This document shows, piece after piece, positions 52,523 to 62,169 of a DNA stretch of 64,000 nucleotides. Origin of the DNA: an uncultured Gammaproteobacteria bacterium (lineage in GTDB: Bacteria > Pseudomonadota > Gammaproteobacteria > JACCXJ01). The stretch spans positions 96,001 to 160,000 of the forward strand of contig CAVXTM010000015.1 of the NCBI GenBank assembly GCA_963764725.1, in the 5' to 3' direction. The notes beneath the pieces are model-generated. The model worked only from the letters and a program-made list of their open reading frames with translations. It was not told the DNA's origin and did not search any database. Numbering within the stretch: the first letter of the stretch is position 1; each line of letters opens with the position of its first letter. The translations under genes and the position numbers were made by a program.

Positions 52523-53182
52523 TCATCGCTTGACGATTCTTACCCGCGCCGGCGCCCGGCTGAATGAGGACTTTGACGACGCCAGTGTCTCGGCGATCAC
52601 GACTTTGGTGCCCACACCCACGTACTTTCGCAAGGTATCGATCTGCTCATTGGTCAGCGCGATACATCCTTGCGTCCAGTTGGTGTTTTGGTGTATGTCG
52701 AATTTTTGCGGGCTGAAAACACCGATACCATGAATTCCGATCGCGCCCCCGAGCGGCGTGTCTTGTGGCGGGACCTTGTGGTATTTCTGTGCCGAGACAA
52801 TGCGATCGAAGTCGTACTCCGAGAGCATCCTGCCGCGAAGCCCATAGAATGCGTCTTTGACATTGGGATAATTCAACTGCAAGAAGGTGTGGAATCGGCT
52901 ACTGGGCTTAATTTTTATAACGCGATAAGTACCCACCGGGGTTCTGTGATCTCCTCGGTAGTGCTTGTCGCCCGGCCCGCCGCGCCCAGAGGCCATCCGG
53001 AAGACTTTTTCGATCTTGATGCCTCTTTTCAAGAGCAACATGCGCTCGGATTTGATGATTTCTAGTTCGTAATCGTGATGGCTTGCATTAACTGCCCAGC
53101 TTCCCCGGATCGCAGCACCGGCCATTATGAGCGCGAGACAAATCGTCCTCGCGATGGAACCGATTTGGCGTTGTGTCATCAT
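52523..53182 (-). CDS. L,D-transpeptidase (YkuD family)
   Basis: GDHRTPVGTY, LNYPN, IGIHG...WTQGCIAL. Confidence 0.9.
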   Translation of the reverse strand: MMTQRQIGSIARTICLALIMAGAAIRGSWAVNASHHDYELEIIKSERMLLLKRGIKIEKVFRMASGRGGPGDKHYRGDHRTPVGTYRVIKIKPSSRFHTFLQLNYPNVKDAFYGLRGRMLSEYDFDRIVSAQKYHKVPPQDTPLGGAIGIHGIGVFSPQKFDIHQNTNWTQGCIALTNEQIDTLRKYVGVGTKVVIAETLASSKSSFSRAPARVRIVKR

Positions 53183-53449
53183 CTTCCCCTTGTTTCGCGG
53201 TGTTCCCGCGAGCATATGGTCGCCCAACCTAAATGATTTAACAATCATTCTACTATGGTATGAATCGAATAACGAGGTTTAAGCAAGGTATATTCTTCCG
53301 CAACCACGATGACCCGTGCCGATACCTTGTTTCGTATACCCGCCACTCAAATGTTTCTGCAAACGTCATACCCTTTAGGCCCTCGCGCAGAGCTTTGCGG
53401 CCAAGCACAGAACACCGATCCGCTGCTGACGTGTTACTGGAGTCGAATT

Positions 53450-53986
53450 ATGAGCGAACTACGACCGTCTGAGAAATATAGTTTACCCGCTGTCCTGCTG
53501 CATTGGGCTATCGCGGTCCTTATCGTCGTCCAGTTTGGTTTAGGTTGGATCATGGAAGAACTGCCCAAGGGACCGGAGAAAACAAGCTATTTCGCGCTCC
53601 ACAAATCACTCGGAATAACGATATTTTTCCTGGCGGTGCTGCGTTTGGGATGGAGAGTCGGCCACCGCCCGCCGATGCTGCCGTCTTCCATGACGCCGTG
53701 GGAGCGATCCGTCGCCAGCGCGACCCATGCGCTTCTCTATGTGTTGGTATTTCTGCAACCGCTCAGCGGTTATCTCTCGTCATCGTTTAGCGGTTACACA
53801 ACAAGCTTTTTCGGCTGGCCGTTACCCCATTGGGGCTGGAAAGACCTCGTGCTCAACGATTTCTTCTCCGGGGTACACGAGGCGAATGCGCTGCTGCTGC
53901 TGGTGGTGGTCCTCACGCATATCGCGGGTGCGCTGCGGCACGCGCTGCGGCCCGGCGATCGGGTTTTCCGCCGTATGCTGCCGTGA
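53450..53986 (+). CDS. Cytochrome b561 (YceJ-like)
   Basis: LHW, LHKSLG, THALLY, HIAGALRH heme ligands. Confidence 0.9.
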   Translation: MSELRPSEKYSLPAVLLHWAIAVLIVVQFGLGWIMEELPKGPEKTSYFALHKSLGITIFFLAVLRLGWRVGHRPPMLPSSMTPWERSVASATHALLYVLVFLQPLSGYLSSSFSGYTTSFFGWPLPHWGWKDLVLNDFFSGVHEANALLLLVVVLTHIAGALRHALRPGDRVFRRMLP

Positions 53987-54005
53987 GAGGTGTGCTCTGA
54001 GGCGT

Positions 54006-54812
54006 CTAATGACTCTTGCGGTGAGTGAGCATGCGCGCCAGTGTCTCGAACACCGGTGCCTGCGAGAACCGGTGGCAAGCGATGCTCAGGGCCAGGGCCG
54101 AAAAACCCACCAGCACCAGCAGATCTTGATAGAGGGCAAATTCCGCACCGAAGGGGGGGCCCGCCCGCGCCGCGAGCGCATGCTTCATCAAATCGACCCC
54201 GTAGCTGAAAGGATTTATTAATACCAGCGCTTTTAGCACGCCGGGCAACTGTCCGATCGGATAGAGGGCACCGCTGAGAAAGTACATCGGAAAGATAAAG
54301 AAGTTCATCACTACTGCGAAGTCATCCAAGGCTTTGCTGAACACCGCGATGAGAGTGCCGACGCTCGCACACAGGAGCGCCGTGCATATCAATCCGCTCA
54401 CGAGGAGTCCAACGTTTTGCATGTCAGCGAGGTAGCCAAAAGGTAATAAGATCAGCATCAGCATGAGGGCTTGGGTAAGTCCCACCATTGTCGCGCTGGC
54501 GGTCCGCGCGAGGATAATGACGTAACGCGGGAAGGGTGCCACGATCAACATGCGCATCACCCCGGACTCCTTGTCATAGACCATGGACAGGGAGGCGAGC
54601 AAGGCCCCGAACAGCATCACCATAGACAGCAGACCCGGGACCAGAAACTGGCGATAGTTGGGCGTTCCGGCACCGCTCAGAAGGGCGTCAAAACCCGAGC
54701 CAATCACGAACAACCAGATGAGGGGCCGCACCATGGCGCTTACGAGCCGCCCGCGTTGGCGCACCATGCGCGTGAGATCGCGCATTATCATGGCTTTGAT
54801 GGCGCGCCACAT
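54006..54812 (-). CDS. ABC-2 transporter permease (type linked to PQQ-alcohol dehydrogenase systems)
   Basis: QRGRLVSAMVRPLIWL, SMVYDKESGVMR, FLSGALYP. Confidence 0.85.
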   Translation of the reverse strand: MWRAIKAMIMRDLTRMVRQRGRLVSAMVRPLIWLFVIGSGFDALLSGAGTPNYRQFLVPGLLSMVMLFGALLASLSMVYDKESGVMRMLIVAPFPRYVIILARTASATMVGLTQALMLMLILLPFGYLADMQNVGLLVSGLICTALLCASVGTLIAVFSKALDDFAVVMNFFIFPMYFLSGALYPIGQLPGVLKALVLINPFSYGVDLMKHALAARAGPPFGAEFALYQDLLVLVGFSALALSIACHRFSQAPVFETLARMLTHRKSH

Positions 54813-54813
54813 T

Positions 54814-55725
54814 TTAAGCTCCCGGGCGGTTAAGCCAAAGATAGACGTCGTTGAGATCCGCGCGCCGAAGGTGGATCCCGCGCGTGATATGTTTGAGGTG
54901 AGAGGGGAGATGGGACAGCGCGAAGTCCGGATCCAGGATGCGAAACTGTAAGCGCCCCTCCTCGGCCAAGGGTTCGCCGAATTGGGGAGTTAATTCCTGG
55001 GCGGACAAGGCGGGGGTTTCGGTCTCAACCTCCAGGATAAAAGACGCGACGCCGCTGACCAGAGCGGCGGGACGACCCTGCCCGATCGTTTTGCCGCCTT
55101 TCATGAATACAACCTCGTCGCATCCCTCAACCTCATCCATGTAGTGTGTGCTGAGCATCAGGGTCGAGCCTTCTTCGGTGCGCAAACGGTGGAGAAAGCG
55201 CCAGATCGCGCGGCGGTTGATGATATCGAGGCCAATGGTAGGCTCATCCAGAAACAGGATCGGCGGGCGGTGCAAGACCGCGCGCGCGATATCGAGAGCG
55301 CGCCGCATGCCGCCGGAGAGAGTGGACACCGGTGCGTGACGTTTCTCCCTCAGATCGAATAGCTTCAGCAGCTCTTCGCCGCGCTGGCGCGCAATCCGCG
55401 GCGCGAGACCCGCCAGCGCCGCGGCGAAGTGCAGGTTTTCGACTGCCGTAAGCGTACGGTCCAGCGCGGATTCTTGAAACACTACTCCGATCGCCCGGCG
55501 CACCGCGACGGGCTGGCGAACAACCTCATAACCGCCAACCCACGCTTGACCCGCGCTCGGCCGCGCCAGCGTGCTCAGCATGTGCAGGGTGGTGGTTTTC
55601 CCGGAACCGTTGCGCCCCAGGAGCCCGAAGAACGACCCTTGCGCAATGGCCAGATCCAGCGCATCGACGGCTAGCAAACGCCCATAGGACTTGCTTAGAC
55701 TGTGGGTTTCGATGGCAAGGGGCAT
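54814..55725 (-). CDS. ABC transporter ATP-binding protein
   Basis: GRNGSGKTT, LSGGM, LDEPT. Confidence 0.92.
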   Translation of the reverse strand: MPLAIETHSLSKSYGRLLAVDALDLAIAQGSFFGLLGRNGSGKTTTLHMLSTLARPSAGQAWVGGYEVVRQPVAVRRAIGVVFQESALDRTLTAVENLHFAAALAGLAPRIARQRGEELLKLFDLREKRHAPVSTLSGGMRRALDIARAVLHRPPILFLDEPTIGLDIINRRAIWRFLHRLRTEEGSTLMLSTHYMDEVEGCDEVVFMKGGKTIGQGRPAALVSGVASFILEVETETPALSAQELTPQFGEPLAEEGRLQFRILDPDFALSHLPSHLKHITRGIHLRRADLNDVYLWLNRPGA

Positions 55726-55747
55726 TCGGCATCTATGGTGGTCGTGC

Positions 55748-55778
55748 AAAAAAACTAAGGGACCCGAAGGTCCCCTAG
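55748..55778 (-). terminator. Intrinsic terminator downstream of pqqA
   Basis: Stem GGGACC/GGTCCC with a 4-nt loop, followed on the - strand by T7. Confidence 0.8.
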
Positions 55779-55804
55779 TGATTGACACGTCGTTGCCGAT
55801 CCCT

Positions 55805-55879
55805 CTAGCGATTGTAAATGTACATCGTCACTTCAAAACCGAAACGAAGGTCGACGAAATCAGGTGTTTCCCAGGTCAT
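55805..55879 (-). CDS. pqqA: PQQ precursor peptide (24 aa, absent from ORF track)
   Basis: MTWETPDFVDLRFGFEVTMYIYNR with the ExxxY core; GAGGAGG RBS. Confidence 0.97.
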   Translation of the reverse strand: MTWETPDFVDLRFGFEVTMYIYNR

Positions 55880-55930
55880 TTGTCCTCCTCGCTGTTAGTG
55901 AATAATGCCACCAGTGATGCTAAATTCTAC

Positions 55931-55946
55931 TCATACTTTATGCCAA
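55931..55946 (-). promoter_or_regulatory. Possible sigma54 (-24/-12) promoter for pqqA
   Basis: TTGGCATAAAGTATGA = GG-N10-GA (consensus GC at -12); divergent bEBP pair. Confidence 0.45.
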
Positions 55947-56107
55947 CGTTATGCACCCGGCGTTAGCCACTATAGATATCCAATAATTCAATTATATACG
56001 AATTGACCCAGCGGCATCAAGCCTGCAGACCGAACCCACGGCCGGAGTGCTTGGTTCAAATAAACCAGGGTCGTGGCTACTATTAACCTAACGGTGGGAT
56101 ATCACGC

Positions 56108-57565
56108 ATGCTACGATCGCTACGCGGGTTATTGTTGGCTTACGAGCTGGCCTTGCTGTTATTGGTCATCGTCACCGGCGCGTTGGGCGGACTGTCGGTG
56201 TATTTTTGGCGCGAGGCATCCACGGAATCCTTGCGCCTGAGCCGCTTGACTCACATCATGCATCACGTCCGGAGCGATTTGTTTCGGCAGATCCGCGAAG
56301 TGACCCGCGCGCGGCTCATGGAGGAAGCCGCAGCTCTTGCCTTGTACTCGCGTTACTCACGGCGCATCGACGATAGATTCGATGCCTTGCGCCAGCAGAG
56401 CGCCTCGCGCGCTGAAGCGCTGGCTATCCAGGAGATGCAACGTGCCTACCGGGTGATCCAACAGGACATGAATAACATCTTCGGTGATCCGTATGCCGCG
56501 AGCCAGTTGGGACGTCTGCGGATCCTTGAGTCGGATCATGAAGAACAGCTCGTCGACGGCTTTGAAACCACTTTCCGTGCCTTTGATAAGCTATTAACCA
56601 GCGAACATGCGGTCTTGGATCGCCGCGTTGGCGAGTGGGTGCGGCTGACGCCGGTGCTGATGCCGCTTCCCATCCTGCTGGCCGCGGCCCTGGTCTTGTT
56701 ATCGCGCTTGAGCCTGCAACACCGATTCGTCTCGCCGATGGCGCGTCTCATCGAAGGGTCGCGGCTGCTGAGCGCTGGCGCCCTCGACCACAAGCTTTCG
56801 GCGGCCGGGGTGGAGGAGGTGCAACAACTTGCTCTGGCGATCAACCACATGGCGGCGGAGCTGGTCACGAGCCGGGATGCGCTCGTCGAGCGACAGCGCC
56901 AGGCGGCGTTGGGGGCCCTCGTGCCCGTGATCGCGCACAATATTAGAAACCCGCTCGCAAGTATCCGCGCGAGTGCGCAATTACTGGATTGCGTTGAAAT
57001 GCGCGAGGAGATCCAGGATGTTAAGCGGGCGGTCATAGAGACGGTCGATCGTCTCGGCCGTTGGGTCACCGCGCTCGTATCGTATCTGCATCCGCATAAG
57101 CTCAACCGGACCCGTGCGCGTCCGAGCCGCATGCTCGCGACGGCGCTGGGTCTGTTGGCGGCCAGGATCGCCGACAAGAGATTGCGGCTCGATGAACGCT
57201 ACCCCGCCGATGAGCCCGAGGTGTGGGCCGATGCCGATCTGATGGAACAGGTCTTATTCGGGCTCCTGTCCAACGCCGTCGATGCCTCACCCGTGGGAGG
57301 CCGCTTAGCGGTGGCGACGCAGGGCAAGAGAAACTGCTGTGTCTTGAACATCGATGACGAAGGACCGGGTATGCCCTTCGACCCGGAGGCGGACGGTTTG
57401 ACGCCCGGACCCTCGACCAAGCACTATGGAACCGGGCTTGGGATCCCGTTTGCCCTCAAGGTATGCAACGCCCACGGGTGGAAGCTTGCCTTCAGCAGCA
57501 ATCCGGCAGGTGGGACCCGGGTCACGATCGAAGCGCCTTTAGGCGGGAGTGGTTCAATCGTATGA
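56108..57565 (+). CDS. Sensor histidine kinase (2 TM, HAMP)
   Basis: H-box AHNIRNPL, N-box LLSNAVDA, DEGPGM, GTGLG. Confidence 0.92.
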   Translation: MLRSLRGLLLAYELALLLLVIVTGALGGLSVYFWREASTESLRLSRLTHIMHHVRSDLFRQIREVTRARLMEEAAALALYSRYSRRIDDRFDALRQQSASRAEALAIQEMQRAYRVIQQDMNNIFGDPYAASQLGRLRILESDHEEQLVDGFETTFRAFDKLLTSEHAVLDRRVGEWVRLTPVLMPLPILLAAALVLLSRLSLQHRFVSPMARLIEGSRLLSAGALDHKLSAAGVEEVQQLALAINHMAAELVTSRDALVERQRQAALGALVPVIAHNIRNPLASIRASAQLLDCVEMREEIQDVKRAVIETVDRLGRWVTALVSYLHPHKLNRTRARPSRMLATALGLLAARIADKRLRLDERYPADEPEVWADADLMEQVLFGLLSNAVDASPVGGRLAVATQGKRNCCVLNIDDEGPGMPFDPEADGLTPGPSTKHYGTGLGIPFALKVCNAHGWKLAFSSNPAGGTRVTIEAPLGGSGSIV

Positions 57566-58986
57566 GCGAAGGGCTGAGCCAAACGCGGGAACCCGATGCG
57601 CCGCCGGCGCCGGTACGAGTGCTGATCGTGGATGACGAAACCTTGTTCGCTCGGGCTGTCGAGAAACGCTTAGCCAAGGAGGGTTATGCGCCGGTGGTTG
57701 CCGGGACCCTCGGGAAGGCGCGGCACCTGTTGCAAACCGCGGATCCGCAGATCATCTTGCTCGATGTGCGCCTGCCGGATGGGTCGGGTCTGGATTTCTT
57801 GAGCGAGTTGCGCCAGCACAAAGCGCCGGAGCTGCCGGTGGTGGTATTGTCCGCCTACGGGGAGATTGAAGACGCGGTGGCCGCGATGAAGTTGAGGGCC
57901 TCGGACTATCTCAAGAAACCGCTCGATCTGGATGAACTGTTGATCACCCTGGACAAAGTCTTGGGAGACTCTCAACTCGCCCGCGCACTGGAGTATTCAC
58001 GCGCCCGAGAACACCATGCCCGCGAAGAGGTATGTTTACTCGGGCAACATCCGGCGATCGTGAAGATCCGCGGGCAGGTTGAGCGGCTGGGGGCGCTGTG
58101 CGCCACGGCAGCGGCGATCCCGCCGACGATCCTGATTCTAGGCGAGACCGGAACCGGCAAGGATCTGGTGGCGCGCCTGCTGCACAGCACCAGCGCAAGG
58201 CGCGAGCGACCGTTCGTACACGTCGATTGCGCCGCTTTGCCGAAGGATCTTTTCGAAGCGGAGCTTTTCGGACATGAAAAAGGAGCGTTCACGACCGCCC
58301 TTACCGCGAGGACCGGGCTCATCGAGGCGGCCGAAGATGGGGTCGTGTTCCTGGATGAGATCGGCGAGCTTCCCGTCGATCTGCAATCCAAATTGCTTGC
58401 CGTGCTTGAACGGCGCAGCACCCGGAGGATCGGCAGTACGCGCGAGCGGACCGTATCGGCATGGTTTATCGCGGCTACCAACCGCGATCCTGAGCAAATG
58501 ATGGCAGCCGGAGCGCTACGCAATGATCTCTATTACCGGCTTAACGTTCTGTCGATCTACGTGCCGCCGTTACGGGCGCGCGCTGATGACGCCGTCGCGC
58601 TGGCCGATCATTTCGCGCGGCAAGTCGCCAAGCGCTACGGGCTGCCCGCACCGACGATCACTGTCCCGGCCGGCAGCCTGTTGCGGGCCTACTCCTGGCC
58701 GGGCAATATTCGCGAGCTCAAACACCTCATCGAACGGGTGGTGCTCTTGACCGGCGGAGGTACCGTGAACGCCGAGGATCTCATGCTGCCGGGGCTTTCC
58801 GGGGAGCGAGGCCGGGAGCGGAGCACCGCGATCGAGGGCCTGACATTAGCCGCGGCCGAACGGCTCCTCATTGAGCAAGCGCTCAGCCGCACGGGTAACA
58901 ATGTCTCCGAGACCGCCCGTCAATTGGGCGTCACGCGTATGGCCATCCGGTATCGGATGAAAAAATATGGTTTTCTGGACGCGTAG
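57562..58986 (+). CDS. Sigma54-dependent response regulator (REC-AAA-Fis HTH)
   Basis: LIVDDE, GETGTGKD, ELFGHEKGAFTTA, FLDEIGE, WPGNIREL. Confidence 0.93.
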   Translation: MSEGLSQTREPDAPPAPVRVLIVDDETLFARAVEKRLAKEGYAPVVAGTLGKARHLLQTADPQIILLDVRLPDGSGLDFLSELRQHKAPELPVVVLSAYGEIEDAVAAMKLRASDYLKKPLDLDELLITLDKVLGDSQLARALEYSRAREHHAREEVCLLGQHPAIVKIRGQVERLGALCATAAAIPPTILILGETGTGKDLVARLLHSTSARRERPFVHVDCAALPKDLFEAELFGHEKGAFTTALTARTGLIEAAEDGVVFLDEIGELPVDLQSKLLAVLERRSTRRIGSTRERTVSAWFIAATNRDPEQMMAAGALRNDLYYRLNVLSIYVPPLRARADDAVALADHFARQVAKRYGLPAPTITVPAGSLLRAYSWPGNIRELKHLIERVVLLTGGGTVNAEDLMLPGLSGERGRERSTAIEGLTLAAAERLLIEQALSRTGNNVSETARQLGVTRMAIRYRMKKYGFLDA

Positions 58987-59034
58987 CAGGCCGCCAATCT
59001 GCGCTATAATTCGTTTACAGGTAAGGGGGCCAAG

Positions 59035-59337
59035 ATGGACAAGACAATGCGCACTGATCTTGAGGCCGCGGTTTTTCGCCGGCTTTTGGATCATTTCCGT
59101 GCGCATACCGAGGTGCAAAATATCGATCTGATGAACCTAGCCGGTTTCTGCCGCAACTGTTTATCGAAGTGGTACCGTGAGGCTGGGCAGGAACGCGGCA
59201 TCGAAATCAGCGATGAAGCGGCGCGGGAAATCATCTACGGGATGCCGTATCGCGACTGGAAGGCCAAGCATCAAAAAGAAGCGGCGCCCGAGAAGCTCGC
59301 CGCCTTCGAGCAGTCGCCGGCGAAGGACGACCATTAA
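59035..59337 (+). CDS. DUF1244 family protein
   Basis: VQNIDLMNLAGFCRNCLSKWY, IYGMPY. Confidence 0.9.
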   Translation: MDKTMRTDLEAAVFRRLLDHFRAHTEVQNIDLMNLAGFCRNCLSKWYREAGQERGIEISDEAAREIIYGMPYRDWKAKHQKEAAPEKLAAFEQSPAKDDH

Positions 59338-59390
59338 AGGGCGGCCTCCGAACATCCGCCCCGCCGGCCGCCTTTTGCAGAGCTTCTTAG

Positions 59391-59603
59391 TCCTACTGTG
59401 TTACAAGGCGATCAAGGGATGGCATGCGAGAGGGAATCGGGCGAGACAAGATCGTCGGGACCGATTTTGAACAGCGAAGCTGGGCCAAAGGGCGAAGGGC
59501 AGGATGCCCGGAGTCAAGCGGAGTTTACACGGCAGTAAATGAGCATTTCGAGCCCGATGCCAACGAAGCAGGGCGTCCTTCAGCAGCTTGTAACACAGTA
59601 GGA
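59391..59603. mobile_element. MITE (213 bp), IS701-like ends
   Basis: Perfect 17-bp TIR TCCTACTGTGTTACAAG; TTAG direct repeats at 59387-59390 and 59604-59607. Confidence 0.85.
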
Positions 59604-60455
59604 TTAGTACAGCGCCGAGGACATCAACGCGCGGTAGCGCCTTACCAAGGGGTCCTGCGCCCCGAGCAGGGTAAACACGTCCACGATGGCTTTGCGCGCA
59701 CCATCGTCGCGATACTTGCGGTCCCGGCGGATGATCTCCATCAGCTGCTCCAGAGCGGGCTCGAACTGGCCACCCATGATTAAACGGGCGCTGAGCTGAT
59801 ACCGTGCCTCGCAATCGCCGGGATCGGCATCGATAAGCTGCCGCAGCATCGCTTCCTCGGGCGCCGAGTGGGCCACGCGCGCGAAATCGATGCGGATCCT
59901 CAGTGCGCTGATGTCCTCGTCCAATTGGCGCTGGGCGGGGAGGTCCACGACGATTTCGTGAGCTTCTTCAATACGGCCCCGTTGGACGAGCACGCCGGCT
60001 AGATCCGGATGCAGGCGCTGGTTTTCCGGGTCAATCGCAAGCGCCTGCCGCAGTAACCGCTCGGCGGTATCGGCGTCGCCGCGCCCGAGGGCCGCCGCGG
60101 CCGCCGCGCGTTGGCGATCGGATTCGCGCTCGATGTGACGGTCCAACAGGTCGCGGATCACGCTTTCTGGCTGCACGCCCAAGAATTCGTCGATGACTTC
60201 TCCGTTTTTATAGAGCTTGACGGCGGGGATGGATTGTATGCGGTGTTCCAGCGCGAGGCGCTGATTTTTATCCGTATCAACCGTCGCAATTACGACCTGG
60301 CCCTGATACTCTTGTCCCAGCTTGGCCAGGATCGGGGAGAGGACGCGGCACGGTGCGCACCACGGTGCCCAAAAGTCCACGAGCACCGGAATGACCCGGG
60401 AGCGTTGTACCACCTGCGCGTCAAAATTATCTTGATCGACTTCAATCACGTTCAC
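59604..60455 (-). CDS. ybbN: Thioredoxin-TPR chaperedoxin YbbN/CnoX
   Basis: VLVDFWAPWCAPC plus C-terminal TPR domain ending YRALMSSALY. Confidence 0.9.
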   Translation of the reverse strand: MNVIEVDQDNFDAQVVQRSRVIPVLVDFWAPWCAPCRVLSPILAKLGQEYQGQVVIATVDTDKNQRLALEHRIQSIPAVKLYKNGEVIDEFLGVQPESVIRDLLDRHIERESDRQRAAAAAALGRGDADTAERLLRQALAIDPENQRLHPDLAGVLVQRGRIEEAHEIVVDLPAQRQLDEDISALRIRIDFARVAHSAPEEAMLRQLIDADPGDCEARYQLSARLIMGGQFEPALEQLMEIIRRDRKYRDDGARKAIVDVFTLLGAQDPLVRRYRALMSSALY

Positions 60456-60630
60456 AGGATATCCATTGCGTGGTTCAGCGAGTTCGGGACGCTCCGGGTA
60501 TTTTATACTACGCATGGCCACCCGGCGTAATCGCAAGACCGAGCCTTTCCGACCCAATGACGATGGAAACGTATCGGCACCGGAGGTACCGCGCTTTCCA
60601 ACTCCGACGGCTGCTTGTACCCTTAGCGCC

Positions 60631-61461
60631 ATGGAAATCAATGTGACCAAGATGCATGGGCTGGGCAACGACTTTGTGTTGGTCGATGGACTATCCTCGG
60701 GTATTTCACTATCACCGGAGCAGATCATGCGGATCGCCGATCGACGCTTGGGCGTAGGCTGCGATCAGGTGCTGCTGGTAGAGCGGCCTAAGCGTTCGGG
60801 GGTCGATGCCAATTACCGGATCTTTAACGCGGACGGCGGCGAGGCAGAGCAGTGCGGTAACGGATCGAGGTGTGTCGCGCGCTACTTGCGGAATACGGGT
60901 TGGGTGGATCGAGATGCCATGATCGTGGAGACGCTTGCGGGGACCATTCGTCTTTATTGCCAAAACGATGGGCAAGTCCAGGTCGATATGGGGGCGCCCC
61001 GCCTGGCACCCGCGGAGATCCCGCTGCTCGCGGAGAGCGAGGCCGACACCTATGAAATTGAGGTCAACGGCGGCCGGGTGAGCGTGGCCGCGGTCTCGAT
61101 GGGAAATCCCCATGCGGTGCTCCGCGTCCCGGACACCGACCGGGCGCCGGTCGGCGAGCTCGGCCCACTGATCGGTAAGCATTGGAGATTTCCGCAAGGC
61201 GCCAATGTCGGTTTCATGCAGGTCATCGACGCGGGCCATATTCGCCTGCGAGTCTTCGAGCGCGGCGCCGGTGAAACGCCCGCTTGCGGCACCGGGGCGT
61301 GTGCCGCCATGGTCGCGGGGAGGCGGCTCGGTCTATTGGATCCCGAGGTGAACGTGGTATTACCCGGCGGGCAGTTGACGCTTCGGTGGCAGGGCGCTGG
61401 GCAGGGGGTGTGGATGACTGGACCCGCGACGAAGGTTTTCGATGCACGCATGACCTTATGA
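60631..61461 (+). CDS. dapF: Diaminopimelate epimerase
   Basis: KMHGLGNDF, CGNG, MGNPH, ERGAGETPACGTG. Confidence 0.97.
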   Translation: MEINVTKMHGLGNDFVLVDGLSSGISLSPEQIMRIADRRLGVGCDQVLLVERPKRSGVDANYRIFNADGGEAEQCGNGSRCVARYLRNTGWVDRDAMIVETLAGTIRLYCQNDGQVQVDMGAPRLAPAEIPLLAESEADTYEIEVNGGRVSVAAVSMGNPHAVLRVPDTDRAPVGELGPLIGKHWRFPQGANVGFMQVIDAGHIRLRVFERGAGETPACGTGACAAMVAGRRLGLLDPEVNVVLPGGQLTLRWQGAGQGVWMTGPATKVFDARMTL

Positions 61462-62159
61462 CGAGCAAAGACCCGTTCCGGATCGGAGAGGGCGGTGATG
61501 CCGAGGGTGTGGTCGCTGCTTACCTGAAAGCGCATCCACAGTTTTTCGTCGAGCATCCGGCTGTCTTGGCCGAGATCGCCGTGCCCCATGTAACGGGCGA
61601 GGCGGTGTCGCTGGTCGAGCGCCAGGTGGCCGCCTTACGCGAACAGTACCGGCGGCTTGAGAGTAAATACCGTGAGCTTTTAACGATTGCGGCGGAGAAC
61701 GACGATCTGCGGCGGCGTTTGCATCACCTGACGATCAAGCTCCTTGGCAGCAACAATATCAAGGCAACGATCGCTACGCTCTATCGAGCCTTGATGGAGG
61801 ATTTTCGGGCTGATTTTGTGGCGCTCAAAGTGTTCGCGGCGCCGCGGCCGGCCAGCGAACCGGTGCCGGAGTTCCTTGGCCATGAGGCCGCCGAACGGGA
61901 CGTGTTCGCCGCGCTGATCGCCGGAATGCACCCGCTATGCGGAGGGCTCGAACCCTCGCAACGAGATGCCTTGTTCGGCGCCGCGTGGGGAGAGAAGGGT
62001 TCCGCCGTTCTGCTGCCGCTCGCGCGCCGCCGGTGGAGCGGGGTGCTCGGCGTTGGCAGCTTCGATCCGCGCCGCTACGATTCCGGCATGGGGGTCGATT
62101 TTCTCACCCAGCTTGCCGAGGTGGTGAGCCAGATCATCGATCCTTGGATAGCGGACTGA
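61458..62159 (+). CDS. DUF484 (YigA) family protein
   Basis: YLKAHPQFF, AVSLVERQ, MGVDFL; located between dapF and xerC. Confidence 0.9.
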   Translation: MTSKDPFRIGEGGDAEGVVAAYLKAHPQFFVEHPAVLAEIAVPHVTGEAVSLVERQVAALREQYRRLESKYRELLTIAAENDDLRRRLHHLTIKLLGSNNIKATIATLYRALMEDFRADFVALKVFAAPRPASEPVPEFLGHEAAERDVFAALIAGMHPLCGGLEPSQRDALFGAAWGEKGSAVLLPLARRRWSGVLGVGSFDPRRYDSGMGVDFLTQLAEVVSQIIDPWIAD

Positions 62160-62169
62160 TTCGGGAGCC

